Origin: Paraspadella gotoi
Taxonomy: Eukaryota; Animalia; Chaetognatha
Assembly: GCA_051294375.1 (NCBI GenBank)
Contig: CM119270.1
Coordinates: forward strand, 5,216,152 to 5,280,151
Direction: 5' to 3'
DNA length: 64,000 nucleotides
Under the pieces are notes generated by a model. It saw only the letters and a list, made by a program, of their open reading frames with translations. It made no database searches and was not told the origin of the DNA. A program made the translations under genes and the position numbers. How positions within the stretch are numbered: the stretch's first letter is position 1; each line of letters starts with the position of its first letter. Below, piece by piece: positions 12,321-29,200 of this stretch.

Positions 12321-13149
12321 TAATAGTGTTGAGGGGGTGTCAGTTTAAATAGTGGTTGAGGGGGTATCGTTAATATTGGTGAGGGGGTATTCAGTTTAAT
12401 AGTGGCTGAGGGGTATCAGTTAATAGTGGTTGAGGGTATCAGTTTGATAGTGGTTGAGGGGTATCAGTTTAAAGTGGTTGAGGGGTATCAGTTTGATATG
12501 GTTGAGGGGGATCAGTTTAATAGGTTGAGGGGGTATCAGTGAAGTGTTTGAGGGTTATATAGTGGTTGAGGGGTGTCAGTTTAATAGTGGCTTGAGGGGT
12601 TTTCAGTTTGATAGTGGTTGAGGGGGTATCAGTTTAATAGTGTTGAGGGGTATAGTTTGATAGTGTTGAGGGGTATCAGTTTAATAGTGGTTGAGGGGGT
12701 ATCAGTTTATAGTGGTTGAAGGGGGTTCAGTTAATAGTGGTTGAGGGTATCAGTTTGATAGTGGTTGAGGGGTATCAGTTTACTAGTGGTTGAGGGTACA
12801 GTTGATAGTGGTTGGGGGGTATTCAGTTTAATAGGGTTGAGGTATCAGTTTGATAGTGGTTAGGGGTATCAGTTTAATAGTGGTTTGGGGGTATAGTTTG
12901 ATAGTGGTTGAGGGGGTATCAGTTTAAATAGTGGTTGAGGGGGTATCAGTTAAAGTGGGTTAGGGTATTAAGTTTGATATGGTTGAGGGGGTATCAGTTA
13001 ATAGTGGTTGCGGGGTATCAGTTTGATAGTGGTATGAGGGGTAATCAGTTTTAATAGTGGTTGAGGGGGTATCAGTTTGATAGTGGTTGAGGGGTAATCA
13101 GTTTAATACGTGGTTGAGGGGTGTCAGTTTAATAGTGGTTGAGGGGGTG
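12321..13149 (+). repeat. G-rich 26-bp minisatellite, consensus AGTGGTTGAGGGGGTATCAGTTT(A/G)AT, roughly 30-33 copies
   Basis: Direct tandem units with no spacers; units carry indels typical of an uncorrected long read. Confidence 0.93.
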
Positions 13150-16690
<3,541 letters not shown>

Positions 16691-17042
16691 GAGGTTGTTT
16701 ACTCTCACGCTAATGTAGATTATCTTCCAAACGTCTCCCGCTCGAACTGTTTAACATGGGATTCTTGAAGTATAAGAAACTTTATTAGCAAAAAATATCC
16801 ATCAGAAAACCGTAAAATATTAATTCGAAGAAGGAACGACGTTTTTTCATTAGGACTAAAGATTCGTCTCATCTCTCTCCAGATTTCATTATAAAAATCA
16901 TTTAAAAAAAGACCGGTAAAAATTGGGTGAACGCGACACAGATAGTTCAAGCGAAATGTGTGAGAGAAAGAGAGAGACGGAAAATTATAGACAGGCGAGG
17001 CGTACTATTTTCTTCAAATAGTGTGGACGACGATCGGGAGGT

Positions 17043-17436
17043 CCTGGAATCGAATCCATAATAAATATTCAGACAACAAATGTTTAATATGATAACGTGT
17101 AATACCTATTATCATAAAGCTCAACCAAAAAACCAGAATACAAAGAATTCACTTGTTACCGGTTAAGTTTAGGAATCATTTGATATATTTTTTTTTAATT
17201 TTACGAAAAAAAAAAACTCAATTTAATAAGACGCAGAAAATTTTTGAAAAAAAAAAGGAAAAAAGGAAAAGAAAAGTAGAAAAAGGAAAGAAAAGGAAAA
17301 GGATTAGAGAATCGCAAATAGTCTTTCCCTCTCTCTCTCTCCCTCTCTCTTTTTCTCTCTCTCTCTCTCTCGACAACACAGCTGGGAAATCGGGCTTTTG
17401 CTGTGTATTAACAAAAGGATAAAAGTGTCGAGATGA

Positions 17437-17487
<51 letters not shown>

Positions 17488-18225
17488 CGATTCCATACTA
17501 GGCCATTTCGTCAGAATCGCCACTGGGCTGCCCCCGAGGCNNNNNNNNNNNNNNNNNNNNNNNNNNNNNNNNNNNNNNNNNNNNNNNNNNNNNNNNNNNN
17601 NNNNNNNNNNNNNNNNNNNNNNNNNNNNNNNNNNNNNNNNNNNNNNNNNNNNNNNNNNNNNNNNNNNNNNNNNNNNNNNNNNNNNNNNNNNNNNNNNNNN
17701 NNNNNNNNNNNNNNNNNNNNNNNNNNNNNNNNNNNNNNNNNNNNNNNNNNNNNNNNNNNNNNNNNNAGGGAGGGAGGGAGAGAGAATAAATGAAAGATGA
17801 ATTTGGAAAACAGATTTGCTGCGATTGAGAAAGTGGCAAAGAAAATAAGGACAGAAGCGTCGTGTCGAAGGCCCGTGGTGTGGCAATGACAAAGATAAAG
17901 ACTGAAAAAAGAGTGGCAAACCTAATGGCAACGCGATGACCAAAATGACAAGAAACAAAGAGAGCAACTGAACAATAACAAAGGGTTAAACACGATGACA
18001 GAGCACAAGAAATGATGACAAAAAGAACGACAGCTTTCACAAAATACAAGAACAGAGAGCGAGACAAGATGACAGAGAATTAAAGGCGATGACAGAGAGG
18101 GAGACGCGACGCGAGAGAGCGAGACGCGATCACGAATAATCGCGTGTGATAATCGTGAGATCGCGGAGAAAGATCAAAGACGGAATCACGCGGTCAAGGA
18201 AGATTTTGCATCAACAATATCATCA

Positions 18226-18261
<36 letters not shown>

Positions 18262-18671
18262 TCTTCATCTTGGAAATCGCTGTTTCCATTGCTTGCATTT
18301 TGTCGATCTCCGAAGGCAGATACATTTTAGATATTTAAATTAGCTTTTGAAATTAACTAACAAATGTTTCCTGGAATGAAAGTGAAAATAATAACAAACG
18401 ACTTAACCTCTTTAACTTTCTAAACTCACCCTGTTCTTCTCTAGAATCTGTGAGGCGGTACTCCCTGCCATATAACCCCGAAATCTCTGGGGTGGGAGAG
18501 ACTCTCCTCTCTCTCTTCTTCTCTCTCTCTCTCTCTCTCTCTCTCCTCTCTGCTCTCTCTCATCTCTCTCTCTCTTGTTCATTTGGCCTCTTCCCCAAGC
18601 GGGTTCCTGCGTTTCTTGACTGAAGCTCCCTTCTCGGTATTTCTCACTTTTACGTGACTTTGTCAAAATCT

Positions 18672-18728
<57 letters not shown>

Positions 18729-19899
18729 TTCTCCTCTCTCTATTCTCTCTTCTCTCTCTCTCTCTTCATCTCTCTCTCTCTCTTCTCAGACAAGTAACTT
18801 GTATTAGAGAAAAACCAAAAAAAAAATTGAAAAGTATCTATTGATAGAAATTGATAAAAATTTCTATACCAAATTTAATAAATCACTCGACGTCACTAAC
18901 AATAATAAAAACCACATCAAAATCAACAATTCACAATTTCACATTCACAGTTGAAGACGTAAAAAACTTTCGTCTTTCGTCGCCGCCATTTTAAAATTTT
19001 TCTTCTCTTTCACGATTTTTTTTCCGCCAAACTTTTCGAGTGTTTATTATTTCAAGCTGGTCTGTGAGATGGCGCCCCGGGAACACCTCTGCCTGCGTTC
19101 TTTCTCGTCTCTCTCTCTCTCTCTGCTCTCTCTCTCATCTCTCATCTCTCTCTCGATCGGCCTCGACTCAATCTCTTCTCCCTCTCTCGTCTTCTCCTAG
19201 TCTCTCTCCTGCTCTCATATTTTTTCTTTTTGTATCTTTTTCTTTTTCTTAATTTTGTTTATTATTAGCTTTCAAAAAGCAGCCTACTGTCTCTCCCTCT
19301 TCTCCACTCAGCTCTCCTCTCACTGCTCTCTCTCCAGTCTCTCATCTCTCATCTTCTCTCTCTCCTCATCTCTCTCAGACTCTCTCTCTCTCTATTCTCG
19401 TCTCTCACCTCTCTCTCTCACTCTCCATTGAGTCGCTCCACATCCTCTCGTATTTTTTTTCTGTCTCTTTATTCCAAGCCTCAATTCTTATGTTTCTCAA
19501 GGAACATTTCGTCGTTGTACATTTGAAGATTCGTCTCTCTCATCTCTCTCGTCTCTAAGATCTCATTCTCTCATCCTTCTCTCTTCTCTCATTCGGCTCT
19601 CCTCCTCTCTCCTCGTCTCCTGCTCTCGTTTACATTCGAAGATCCTTGCGAAACATGAGAAAGAAAAAACCTTCCTTTCCATGTCTGTTTGACGTTAAGT
19701 TTCTTGTTTTTATGAATGTGAGCGGGATAATTTTTTTCTTTTTATTCCTTTCTTCTTTCTCTTATTCTCTCTCTCTCTGATCTCATCTCTACTATTCTGA
19801 TCCTTCTTTTCAAATTACTCCTAGGAGCGCTTTGACAAACAATTGTTAAAGCGCCGCAGGCTCGAGTTTTCTTTATTTCTCTCTCTCTCTCTCTCTCTC

Positions 19900-19937
<38 letters not shown>

Positions 19938-19986
19938 AATCTCTCTCTCTCTCCTCTCTGAGATTCTCTTATCAAATACGCAAAAG
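17043..19986 (+). repeat. Direct tandem duplication, copy 1 (copy 2 at 20012-23157)
   Basis: Starts cctggaatcgaatcca vs cctgagaatcgagaatcca; ends agattctcttatcaaatacgcaaaag vs agattctcatttcaaatacgcaaaag. The copies are separated only by the 25-N gap 19987-20011. Confidence 0.93.
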
Positions 19987-20011
19987 NNNNNNNNNNNNNN
20001 NNNNNNNNNNN

Positions 20012-20459
20012 CCTGAGAATCGAGAATCCATCTAAGTTAATTTCAGACCACAATGTTATAATAATGATAACGTGTAATACCTTATATCATAAAGCTCAAG
20101 CGCGCAAGAAAAACGGCAGAATAGCAAAGAAATTCACTTGTTACCGGTTAAGTTTAGGAATCATTGATATACTTTTTTTTAATTGTTACGAAAAAAAAAA
20201 ACTCAATTTAATAAGACCCAGAAAATTTTTGAAAAAAAAGGAGAAAAAAGAAAAGAGAGAAGTAGAAAAAAGGAAAGAAAAAATGAAAAAGCGATTAGAA
20301 GAATCGCATAATAGTCTTTTTCCTCTCTCTGATCTCTCCCTCTCATCTTTTGTCTTCTCATCTTCTCTCTTGCGACAACACAGCTGGGAAATTCAGGGCT
20401 TTTTGCTGTGTATTAACAAAGGAATAAAGTGAGTCGAGATGAAGTAAGAAGAGAGAAGA

Positions 20460-20498
<39 letters not shown>

Positions 20499-20666
20499 CG
20501 AATTCGCAATACTAGGGACCATTGTCGTCAGAAATCGCCACTGAGGCGAGCTGGCCCCCGAGGCGATTCGAGCGAGAGATATACCCATAGTCAGAAAGGT
20601 TGTTGAGCAGAATAAAAAGATCAACGAGAGCACACAGAGAAAGGAAAACAAAGACAACAAAGAGAG

Positions 20667-20743
<77 letters not shown>

Positions 20744-23042
20744 AGGAGAGGGAGAGCACGCACATAAGGAATTGGAGAAGATAGAATTCTGGAGAAGAGA
20801 CAGATTTGCTGTGCGCACTGAGAAAGGTGGCAAAGCAAAATAAGGACAGAAGCGTGCAAGTGTCGAAGTCGCCCGTGGAAGAAAAATTGAAACGAAAGAT
20901 AAAGACTGAAAAAAGAAGTGGCAAACCTAATGGCAACGCGAGTGATCTCAAAAGGACAGTAGAAAACAAAGAGAGCCAACTGAACAATAACAAAAGGGAG
21001 TTAAACACGATAACAGAGGCAGCTAAGAAATGATTGAGAAAAGAAACGATCGCAGCTTAACTCGGTCACAAAATACAGACAGAGAGCGAGAAAGATTGAC
21101 AGAGAATTAAAGGCCGATGACAGAGAGGGAGGACAGCGATCGCGCGAGAGAGCGAGACGCGAGTCACGACATAATGCGTGGATAATCGTGAGATTTGCGG
21201 GAGAAAAGATTCAAAGATCTGTGACACCACGCGGGACGGAAGATTTTGACATCCAACAATATCATCCATCGTCGTCGTGCGTGAGTCGCGTCGCCGTCGG
21301 TTCATCTTCCTAATCTTGAGAAAAATCGTCTGTTTCCATTGCTTGACATTTTGATCCGATCTCCGAAGGCAGATACAATTTTAGATATTTAAATTAGCTT
21401 TGAATATTAACCTAACAAATGTTTCCTGGAATGAAAGTGAAATAATAACAAACGACTTAACCTCTTTAAGCTTCTAAATCACCCTGTTCTTCTGCTAGAA
21501 TCTGTGAGGCGTACTCCCTGCCATATACCCCGAAATGCTCTGGGGAAGGGAAGAAAGAACATCTCCTCTCTCTCACTCTCTCTCTCTCTCTCTCTCTCCC
21601 TCTCTCTTATCTCTCTCATCTCTCTCTCTCTCCCTCTCTCTCTCTTCTTTCCATCTACCCATTTTCACCAAAGTCTCAATCGCATCGCCTCTCTCTCTCT
21701 ACTGTCATTATGGCCTCTCTTCCCACCAAGGGGGTTCCTGGTTTCTTGATCTGAAGCTCCTTCTGGTATTTCTCAATCTTTTATTCGTGACTTTGTACAA
21801 GAATCTTGGAATTTCTCTCTCTCTCTCTCATCTCACGGTGCCCTCGTCTCTCTCCTCTCTGCTCTTCTCTCTCTCATCTCTCTCTCTCTCTCTCTATCAC
21901 TCTACTCTCAGACAAGTAAACTTGTTATTAGAGAAAACCAAAAAAACAATTTTTTAAAAGTATCTATTGATAGAAAATTGATAAAAATTTCTATACCAAA
22001 TTTAATAAATCACTCACTGTCACTAACAATATAAAAACCACATCAAAATCGTCAACAAATTACAATTTCAACATTCACAGTTGAAGACGTAAAAAATTTT
22101 TCGTCTTTCGTCCGCCGCGATTTTAAAATTTTTCTTCTCTTACGATTTTTTTTAACGACGCAACAAACTTTCGAGTGTTCTATTATTTGAAGCTGGTCCT
22201 GTGTGAGATGGCGCCCGGAGACACTCTCTGCCTGCGTTCTTTCTCAATCTCTCACTCTCTCTCTCTCTCTCTCTCATCTCTCAATCTCTACTCTCGTCGT
22301 CACTCAATCTCTTCTCCTCATCTCTCTTCTCTACTCTCTCTGCTCCATATTTCTTGATCTTATTTTTTCTTATTTTATGTATACTTTTTCAAAGTTTCGC
22401 TACTTTTCTTTGCTCCACTTCACTCTCCATCTCACTGCTCTCTCTCCAGTCTCATATAACTATTAAAACTCAGCTCTTCTCCATCAGGTTCCAAGTCATC
22501 TCATCTTCTCTCAGACTCTCTCTTCTTCCTCTATCAACTACTGAAATTAATATACTCTCCCTCTGCTTCTACATCAAACTCTCCTAAAAGTTCTTTGAGT
22601 CTCTCCACCTCCTCTCGTTTTTTTTACTGTCTCTTATTCCAGCTCAATTCTTATGTTTTCTCAAGAACATTTCGTCCGTTTACATTTGAAGATTCCGATC
22701 TCTCTCATCTCTCTCAGTCTCTGATCTCATATCTCTCGCTCTCTCTCTCTTCTCATCTCGATGCTCTCCTCCTCTCTCTCTCCTCTCCTCCTGCTCTCGT
22801 TTAGCATTCGAGATCCTTGCAAACATGAGAAAAAAAACCTTCCCTTTTCATGGTCTGTTTGAGTTAGTTCTTGGTTTTTATGAATGTGAGCAGGGATAAT
22901 TTTTTTTCTTTTTATCCCTTTCTTCTTTTCTCTTTTACTCTCTCTCTCCATCTCTCACTCTCTTTCTGATCCTTTTTTCAAATATACTCCTAGGGCGCTT
23001 TGACAAACAATTGTTAAAGCGCCGCAGGCTCGAGTTTTTCTT

Positions 23043-23078
<36 letters not shown>

Positions 23079-23157
23079 CTCTCATCTTCTCTCTCTCTCG
23101 AAGTCTCTCTCTCTCTGCTCTCTCTCTCCCGAGATTCTCATTTCAAATACGCAAAAG
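20012..23157 (+). repeat. Direct tandem duplication, copy 2 (noisy, insertion-rich)
   Basis: Colinear with 17043-19986; it also spans the gap 17541-17766 of copy 1. Confidence 0.93.
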
Positions 23158-23710
23158 TTTAAATAAGTTGAAAAGCGAAGCTGGCAGTTCTACGAAAACG
23201 CCTTTCTTAAAGCATTGATTTCTTACTGTAAAAATTACTAACTTTTTAGTGGTCTCGTTTTGATTCTTTGGGTCATTCTTGAACTTTAAATTTAGAATTT
23301 GGAAATAGTTATCTTCTCTGTCATTAAGCACAACGCACTGTTGCTTATTCTATTACTTCAAAAATTCGCTACGACAAAAGTTCTTTCAGAGTTTTTGAAC
23401 TAATTGAGTTTTAAAAAATCTTATTTTAAACTAATCGAGTTACGAAATCTACGTCAACTATTGGTTAAAAAAAATTGAGAAGAAATGGAGCGTAGACAGG
23501 CATCAACCAGTTTTTTAAAAAATTTAATTCAATGCTTCTCCTTTCTCGTCTTTTCTTTTCTTTCTCTCCTTCTTTTTTCTTTCTTTCTCCCTTTTTTCTT
23601 TCTTTCTGCATTTTTTCTCTCTCAATCTCCTCCAACTTACTGGGTGGGGAAACGCCTGGGGTTGCGGGAACGCCGACAGAAAGAGAAAAGGGAATTGAGA
23701 GAGAGAGAGC

Positions 23711-23749
<39 letters not shown>

Positions 23750-25849
23750 TGGAAAATAAGAGGAGAAATGGGAGGGAGAGAGAAATAAGAGAGAAGATAA
23801 CTTCCAACCTCTTGCGACAGAATCTACACCGAATGTTTAGCCGATTCCGTTTTTCCAGAATAGCAATCATTAGTAAATTTGAACAACTTCTCTAGACTCC
23901 ACTTACACGTTAATGATGCCACCACTAAACAAACCGACGACGCTGTAGAAAACATGATCTTTGTTTTCGAAGTTATGGGAATCAATTGATGTAACGAATC
24001 TGAATGAACAAAGTTGCGTGGAACGAAAAATCGAGGTAACATTGAGACCAGTTCTTTAGAAATCATCTCTGTCTCTTCTCTCTCACTCTCTCTCTCTCAT
24101 CTCTCTCCTCTCTCTCTTCTACTCCCTCTCTCATCATCTCAATTTCTCCCTCCTCTCATCATAAACTTCATGTTAAAAGAAATAACTTATTGGATTGTCC
24201 AAGAACGCTGAATAAAGACCTCTAACTAAAGAGTTCAAAACAATGTCCGACTCAACAAAAAACTTAGTCTAATTATAAATTATCTAAGAAAAAAAACAAT
24301 TCAAATCTGTTTTTCTCTAAATAATAAATTCGAAATAGATCGTTCCTCCCGTTAATTTCATTGCGTTTTGGGCGAGCTTCACAATGAATTTGAACAGAGA
24401 CGACGACGTGACGACGAATACTAATAACGAACGCACGAAGACGAAGTCTTTGTACTTTGTGACCCGTAGTGGCTCAGAAGAATGACCGTTTCGTATCCCA
24501 AACAGAATGAATCTTGTTTATGAGCTGACCTTTTTCAGCCAATTGTAAATACAGTATTTGATTGTTGTAATAGAGTTATAATTTTATTTGCTTTTTAATT
24601 TTTATAGTCAATTGTTTGTTTATTTTATAAAAACTATCTTCACAACGTCTCTCTCTCTCTTTCTAATTCTGTCTCTCTTTGCTTCTCTTACTTTCCTCGT
24701 CTTCCCTTTTCTCTTTCTTTATTCCTTTTATGTCTTATTTTTTTCTTTTTCTGTCTTATTAATTTATTTTTGGAATATTATTTCTCAAAATAATTCGGGT
24801 AACAAATCGCGCGATTTTTTTTTCAAAATATAATAAGTGGTTTGCTTAGCAGATTTTATAAAGATACGACAGATTTGCGGAATAATTTTCCGCAAAATCG
24901 TGTCGACATCACGTGAAGAAATAATTAAAATAAATTAGTCCCTGATGCTTTGTGAGATAACGCAAAATGATTAGTCGGTATTTTTTACAGATTATAACAC
25001 AAAGAGATAATAAGCGTAGTCCAACTATAAATAATAAAACAAATATTAAAATCTAAAGTCGAAAATTAAAAATAAACTACAATCTATGACAAAAATTGTC
25101 AACAATAATTCAAAAAAACACTTGTAAAATAATTTTTTTAAAAAAAGAAAAACGCATGAAAGCTTATTTCTTTATATTAAGATAATAATCTTAGCTTATC
25201 ATGTGGGGATTTTTGCATTAGTTTCAATTAATTTAAAGAAGTGTCAGGTTATTTTAAAATGTTGAATAAATGACAAAAAAATAGCCAATTATATAATATG
25301 ACAATAACCATCAAATTAAAAAATTCTTGCAAGAAAACAAACAGGTGATCATTAACAAAAATGCTTCTACCCCAGTAGAAAAGACATGAAGGCAAACACC
25401 AAAAGCGAAGTAAACAAATTTTCTTTTCTATCTTCACCTTGAAAATTAGTGTCAAAACTGGAACATGGATCAAAATGGACAGATTTTTGAAAGATAAAAA
25501 TTGCTTATAAACACGAACTTTACTGTATCTAATTTATAAAGGGAATGGTTTTATTTCTCGAATGTTGGTACAACAATCACATATTGTGGAATAATATGTA
25601 CCATAAGAAGATTAAAAATTTATCATTCTATTTGAAGATCAGGAGATTCAGTTCATTAATCTTAATAAAAGCCATTTCGTAACACTGCCAGCTGTAGATC
25701 CGTTTTCTCCATTCTATTCTTTCTGAGCAAACAGAGAGATTTTTCGCAGACGATAAGAAGAAGTAAGGGGGGTTAGAAAAAAATAGTAAAGAAGATAAAT
25801 AAGAAAAGTAGAGAAAAAATTAAAGACTTCAATTATCAAAGCTGAGAGA

Positions 25850-26190
25850 ATCAAGAAAAAAAAAAGGAACACGAGACAGAAAAAGAGAAAGAATAAAAGA
25901 GAAGAAAAAAAAGAAAGAAAGAGAAAAGGGAAAAAAAAAGAAGAAGAAAAGAAAGAACGAAAGAATAAAACGAAAATAAAGAAAGAAGAAGAAAGACAAG
26001 AGAAGAAAGAAAGAAGAAGAAAGAAAGAAAAAGAAAGAAAGAAAGAAAGAAAGAATAGAAAGAAAGAAAGAAAAGAAAGAAAGAAGGAAAGAAGAAAGAA
26101 AGAAGAAAAGAAAAAAAGAAAGAAAGAAGAAAGAAAGAAAGAAAAAAGAAAGAAAGAAGAAAGAAAAGAAAGAAGAAAAAAAAAAGAAAT
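25850..26190 (+). repeat. Degenerate (AAAG)/(AAG)-rich polypurine tract
   Basis: Almost pure A/G; produces the F/S/L-rich minus-strand ORF 25829..26275. Confidence 0.9.
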
Positions 26191-26374
26191 GAAAAAAATG
26201 GGGTAAAAAATAAAATAATAGAAAGTTGAATGTAATAAAAATGTATTTATAATTCAATGGTTGGACAAAAAACACATATTGCTGCCGGAAACCATGCAGT
26301 ATGAGAATTTATTTCAAATGAATGATGTCACCGAATAAAGTTAGAGAGAGAGAGAGAGAGAGAGAGAGATGAGA

Positions 26375-26410
<36 letters not shown>

Positions 26411-28639
26411 GTGACACGTTCTGTCTGGAATTGTTTGAGTTCGATTCCGTCAAAGACGCTGATTCTCACTAAAAACCCAAAAGTGAAGAAGGACGAAGGT
26501 CGATCGATTCGCGCACGAATCACGTGAACGAAGTTTGTTGTTCACGTGATTAAATGTTTTCGACGTGAAACGATTTCATCAAGTGTTAAGATCAAGGCCA
26601 ATTAATTTATTCATAGATTTCATCTCATAATATAATTCTTTGATATGAAACAATTCTTCAACTACGTTCGACTTTTTCGAAGCAAACGTAACATGAATAT
26701 TTTGTTTTGTACGACATGTCATGTCCTGTCATGTCATGTCAGGTCACGAAACGTGCATCGTGACCTCCCTTGTCAATAGAAACCACATGAATCTAGATCA
26801 ACATCCGGGAATTTGCTTAAAAAATGTTTTCATATTTTTCGCTGACGCTAATAGTTTTTTTTTCCCCTTATCTTAATCTTTTCCAGTTTTTCCTTCTTTT
26901 TTTAAAACTTTTCTTTATTTATTTTTTTTTTCGTCAAATTTTTTTTTTCTGGTTTAAAATTGACTCTTGACAAACGAATCGAATCGATAAGATAAAAGCG
27001 AAAACTGAGACGTCGAATTTGGCACCAAAATTCGTCTGGTTCCTTTTTTTTTGGGGGGGGGGTTAATACTTTGTATTTATTTTTTCTTAAAATTTTTTTT
27101 TTATAATTTTAAACATGTTTTTTTTTTCCCCCGTTTTCGTAATGGCAGTTCACCTTTTGTATGTTTTCTCTTTTTCAGTTAACCAGTAGCACGAAAAATA
27201 TAAAAACAAGATCGAAAAGCGAGAACAATATATTTATTATATGATAATCTTTTTTTTATACACACCAACGTCGACGACGACGACGACGACGACGACGACT
27301 ATATGATAAACATTTCGGGTTTGCGTTGCTCCTTCACATCTAATAAAACTAAAGGAACGGAAGTGAAAGAAATCCGTAACCAGAAACCATAAGTGGAAAA
27401 TGTGATGGAAATTTATATAAAAAGTTAATTAAAGTAAATTTTACTCGAAAAAAATTCGATGAAAAAAATAGGACACGAAGTTTTATGATGAAAAAGTTGG
27501 AAAACGAACTTTTTGTGTTGACAAAGTTGCTGGGATTAATCAAGGATATCAAATAGCAGAAAAAGGTGATTGAATAAAGGAAAAGAAAAGAAAAGAAAAG
27601 AAAAGAAAAGTAAAAAAGAAAAGAGGTAAAAGGTTTCTTTTAACATCCCGCCTCCCTCTAAAACCCCACAAGTTGAAACTCACCCAGACCGCGACCTACT
27701 GAGACACCCTCCGCGCCCCCCGACTCCCCTCCGTCTCCCCCCCTCCCCTCGCCCTCCCCACGACCTCCCCCTATTTGAATTACCCACGCCGAGTTTCGTT
27801 CTATTTTTTTTCTTTCAGTGATAAAATCCTGAGAACTCAAACAGAAGAAAAGAGGAGAAGGAAAGTAAGGTGATGAGGGTGGGAAACTTTCTTATCACTT
27901 TTTTCTTTTCTTTTCTTTTCTTTTCTTTTTCTTTTCTTTCTTTTCTTTTCTTTCTTTTTTTTTTCTTTTCTTTTCTTTCTTTTCTTCATCTCAGAGAATA
28001 AAGAGGAAGAAAAAAAAGGGAAAACCCTTTAGATTTTTCCTTTCTTTCCTTAAATATTTATTTTTTTTTTTCGTTTGCCCGGTTGGGCCGTTGGCGGTTT
28101 AGGCCGTGGAAAGGGACGGCCGGGTCGTTCCTTGGACTTGACTTGAAAGGCATTCGTGCCAACGAGGGGACTACCTCACTCTCAAAGCTGTTCTAGATTG
28201 GTTAGACTTGGAGACTTGCCTTGAGAGGCTGGCAGCCAGAATTGTGATGTTTAATTAGGGTTGGTGAAAAGATTAGAGGAGAGGGAGAAGAGGAGGAGGG
28301 AGAGGATTGGGAGGTGAGGAAGAGGTGGGGCGGGTGACCAGGTCGGGCTGGCCTGACCCCACTCCGTTACTCAAGAAACAGATCGGGGATTCCGGCCTTT
28401 CGGCTTTTCCTTATCCTTGATCGCTTGAGGCCTCCCGTTCTCTTTTGCCATTCCGAAAAGGATTGTTTCCCGCTAGCCCACCGCGTGGAGGTAAGAGACG
28501 TACTGCTAGCACGCCGGGTCCGTCGACGTCGTCGTTGTCGTTTCGTCGTCATCGTCGTCGCGTAGAGAAACAAGGTTGAAGCGTCTTTTTTTATTTTTTT
28601 TTAATTTTCTTGGAAGAACTCGCGGAGATTTGTCCTCCG

Positions 28640-28782
28640 TCATCTATTTTGTGAGAAAGATAAGATAGAGAGAGAGGGGAGAGAGAGAGATAAGAGAGAT
28701 AGATAGAGAGAGCAGAGAGCGGAGAGAGAGAGGAGAAGGAGAGAGGAGGAGAGAGAAAGGATGAGAAGAAACTGACGAGACT

Positions 28783-28862
<80 letters not shown>

Positions 28863-28893
28863 AGAGAGAAGAGAGAGCGTGAGAAGAGATAGA

Positions 28894-28927
<34 letters not shown>

Positions 28928-29037
28928 TGAGAGAGGAGAGAGAGGAAAGGAGAGAGACTGAGAGAGAAGAGAGAAAGAGGAGAGAAGAAGAGAGAGAAGA
29001 GAGAGGAGTAAGAGAGAGAAGCGTTGAGGAGCGATAG

Positions 29038-29082
<45 letters not shown>

Positions 29083-29161
29083 GAGAGAGGAGAGAAGCGT
29101 TTGAGGAGAGATAGAAAAGAAGAGGAGAGAGAGAGCGTGAGAGAATTAGAAAGAGAGGAAC

Positions 29162-29194
<33 letters not shown>

Positions 29195-29200
29195 GAGAGA
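28640..29200 (+). repeat. Long degenerate (GA)n tract, ~560 bp
   Basis: GA dinucleotide with frequent interruptions; produces ORF 28640..29206 (poly-SL). Confidence 0.92.

Noticed and set aside
12321-13149. CRISPR array or telomeric repeat
   Set aside because: Units are head-to-tail with no unique spacers, there are no cas genes, and the context is eukaryotic. The unit is 26 bp, not TTAGG/TTAGGG.
28171-28178. let-7 microRNA (CTACCTCA, reverse complement of the seed region)
   Set aside because: Only the first ~9 nt match; the rest of mature let-7 and a hairpin are absent, and such a match is expected by chance.
28366-28496. Exon ending at the donor-like GAG|GTAAGA
   Set aside because: A single donor-like motif with no convincing acceptor, recognisable peptide or partner exon.
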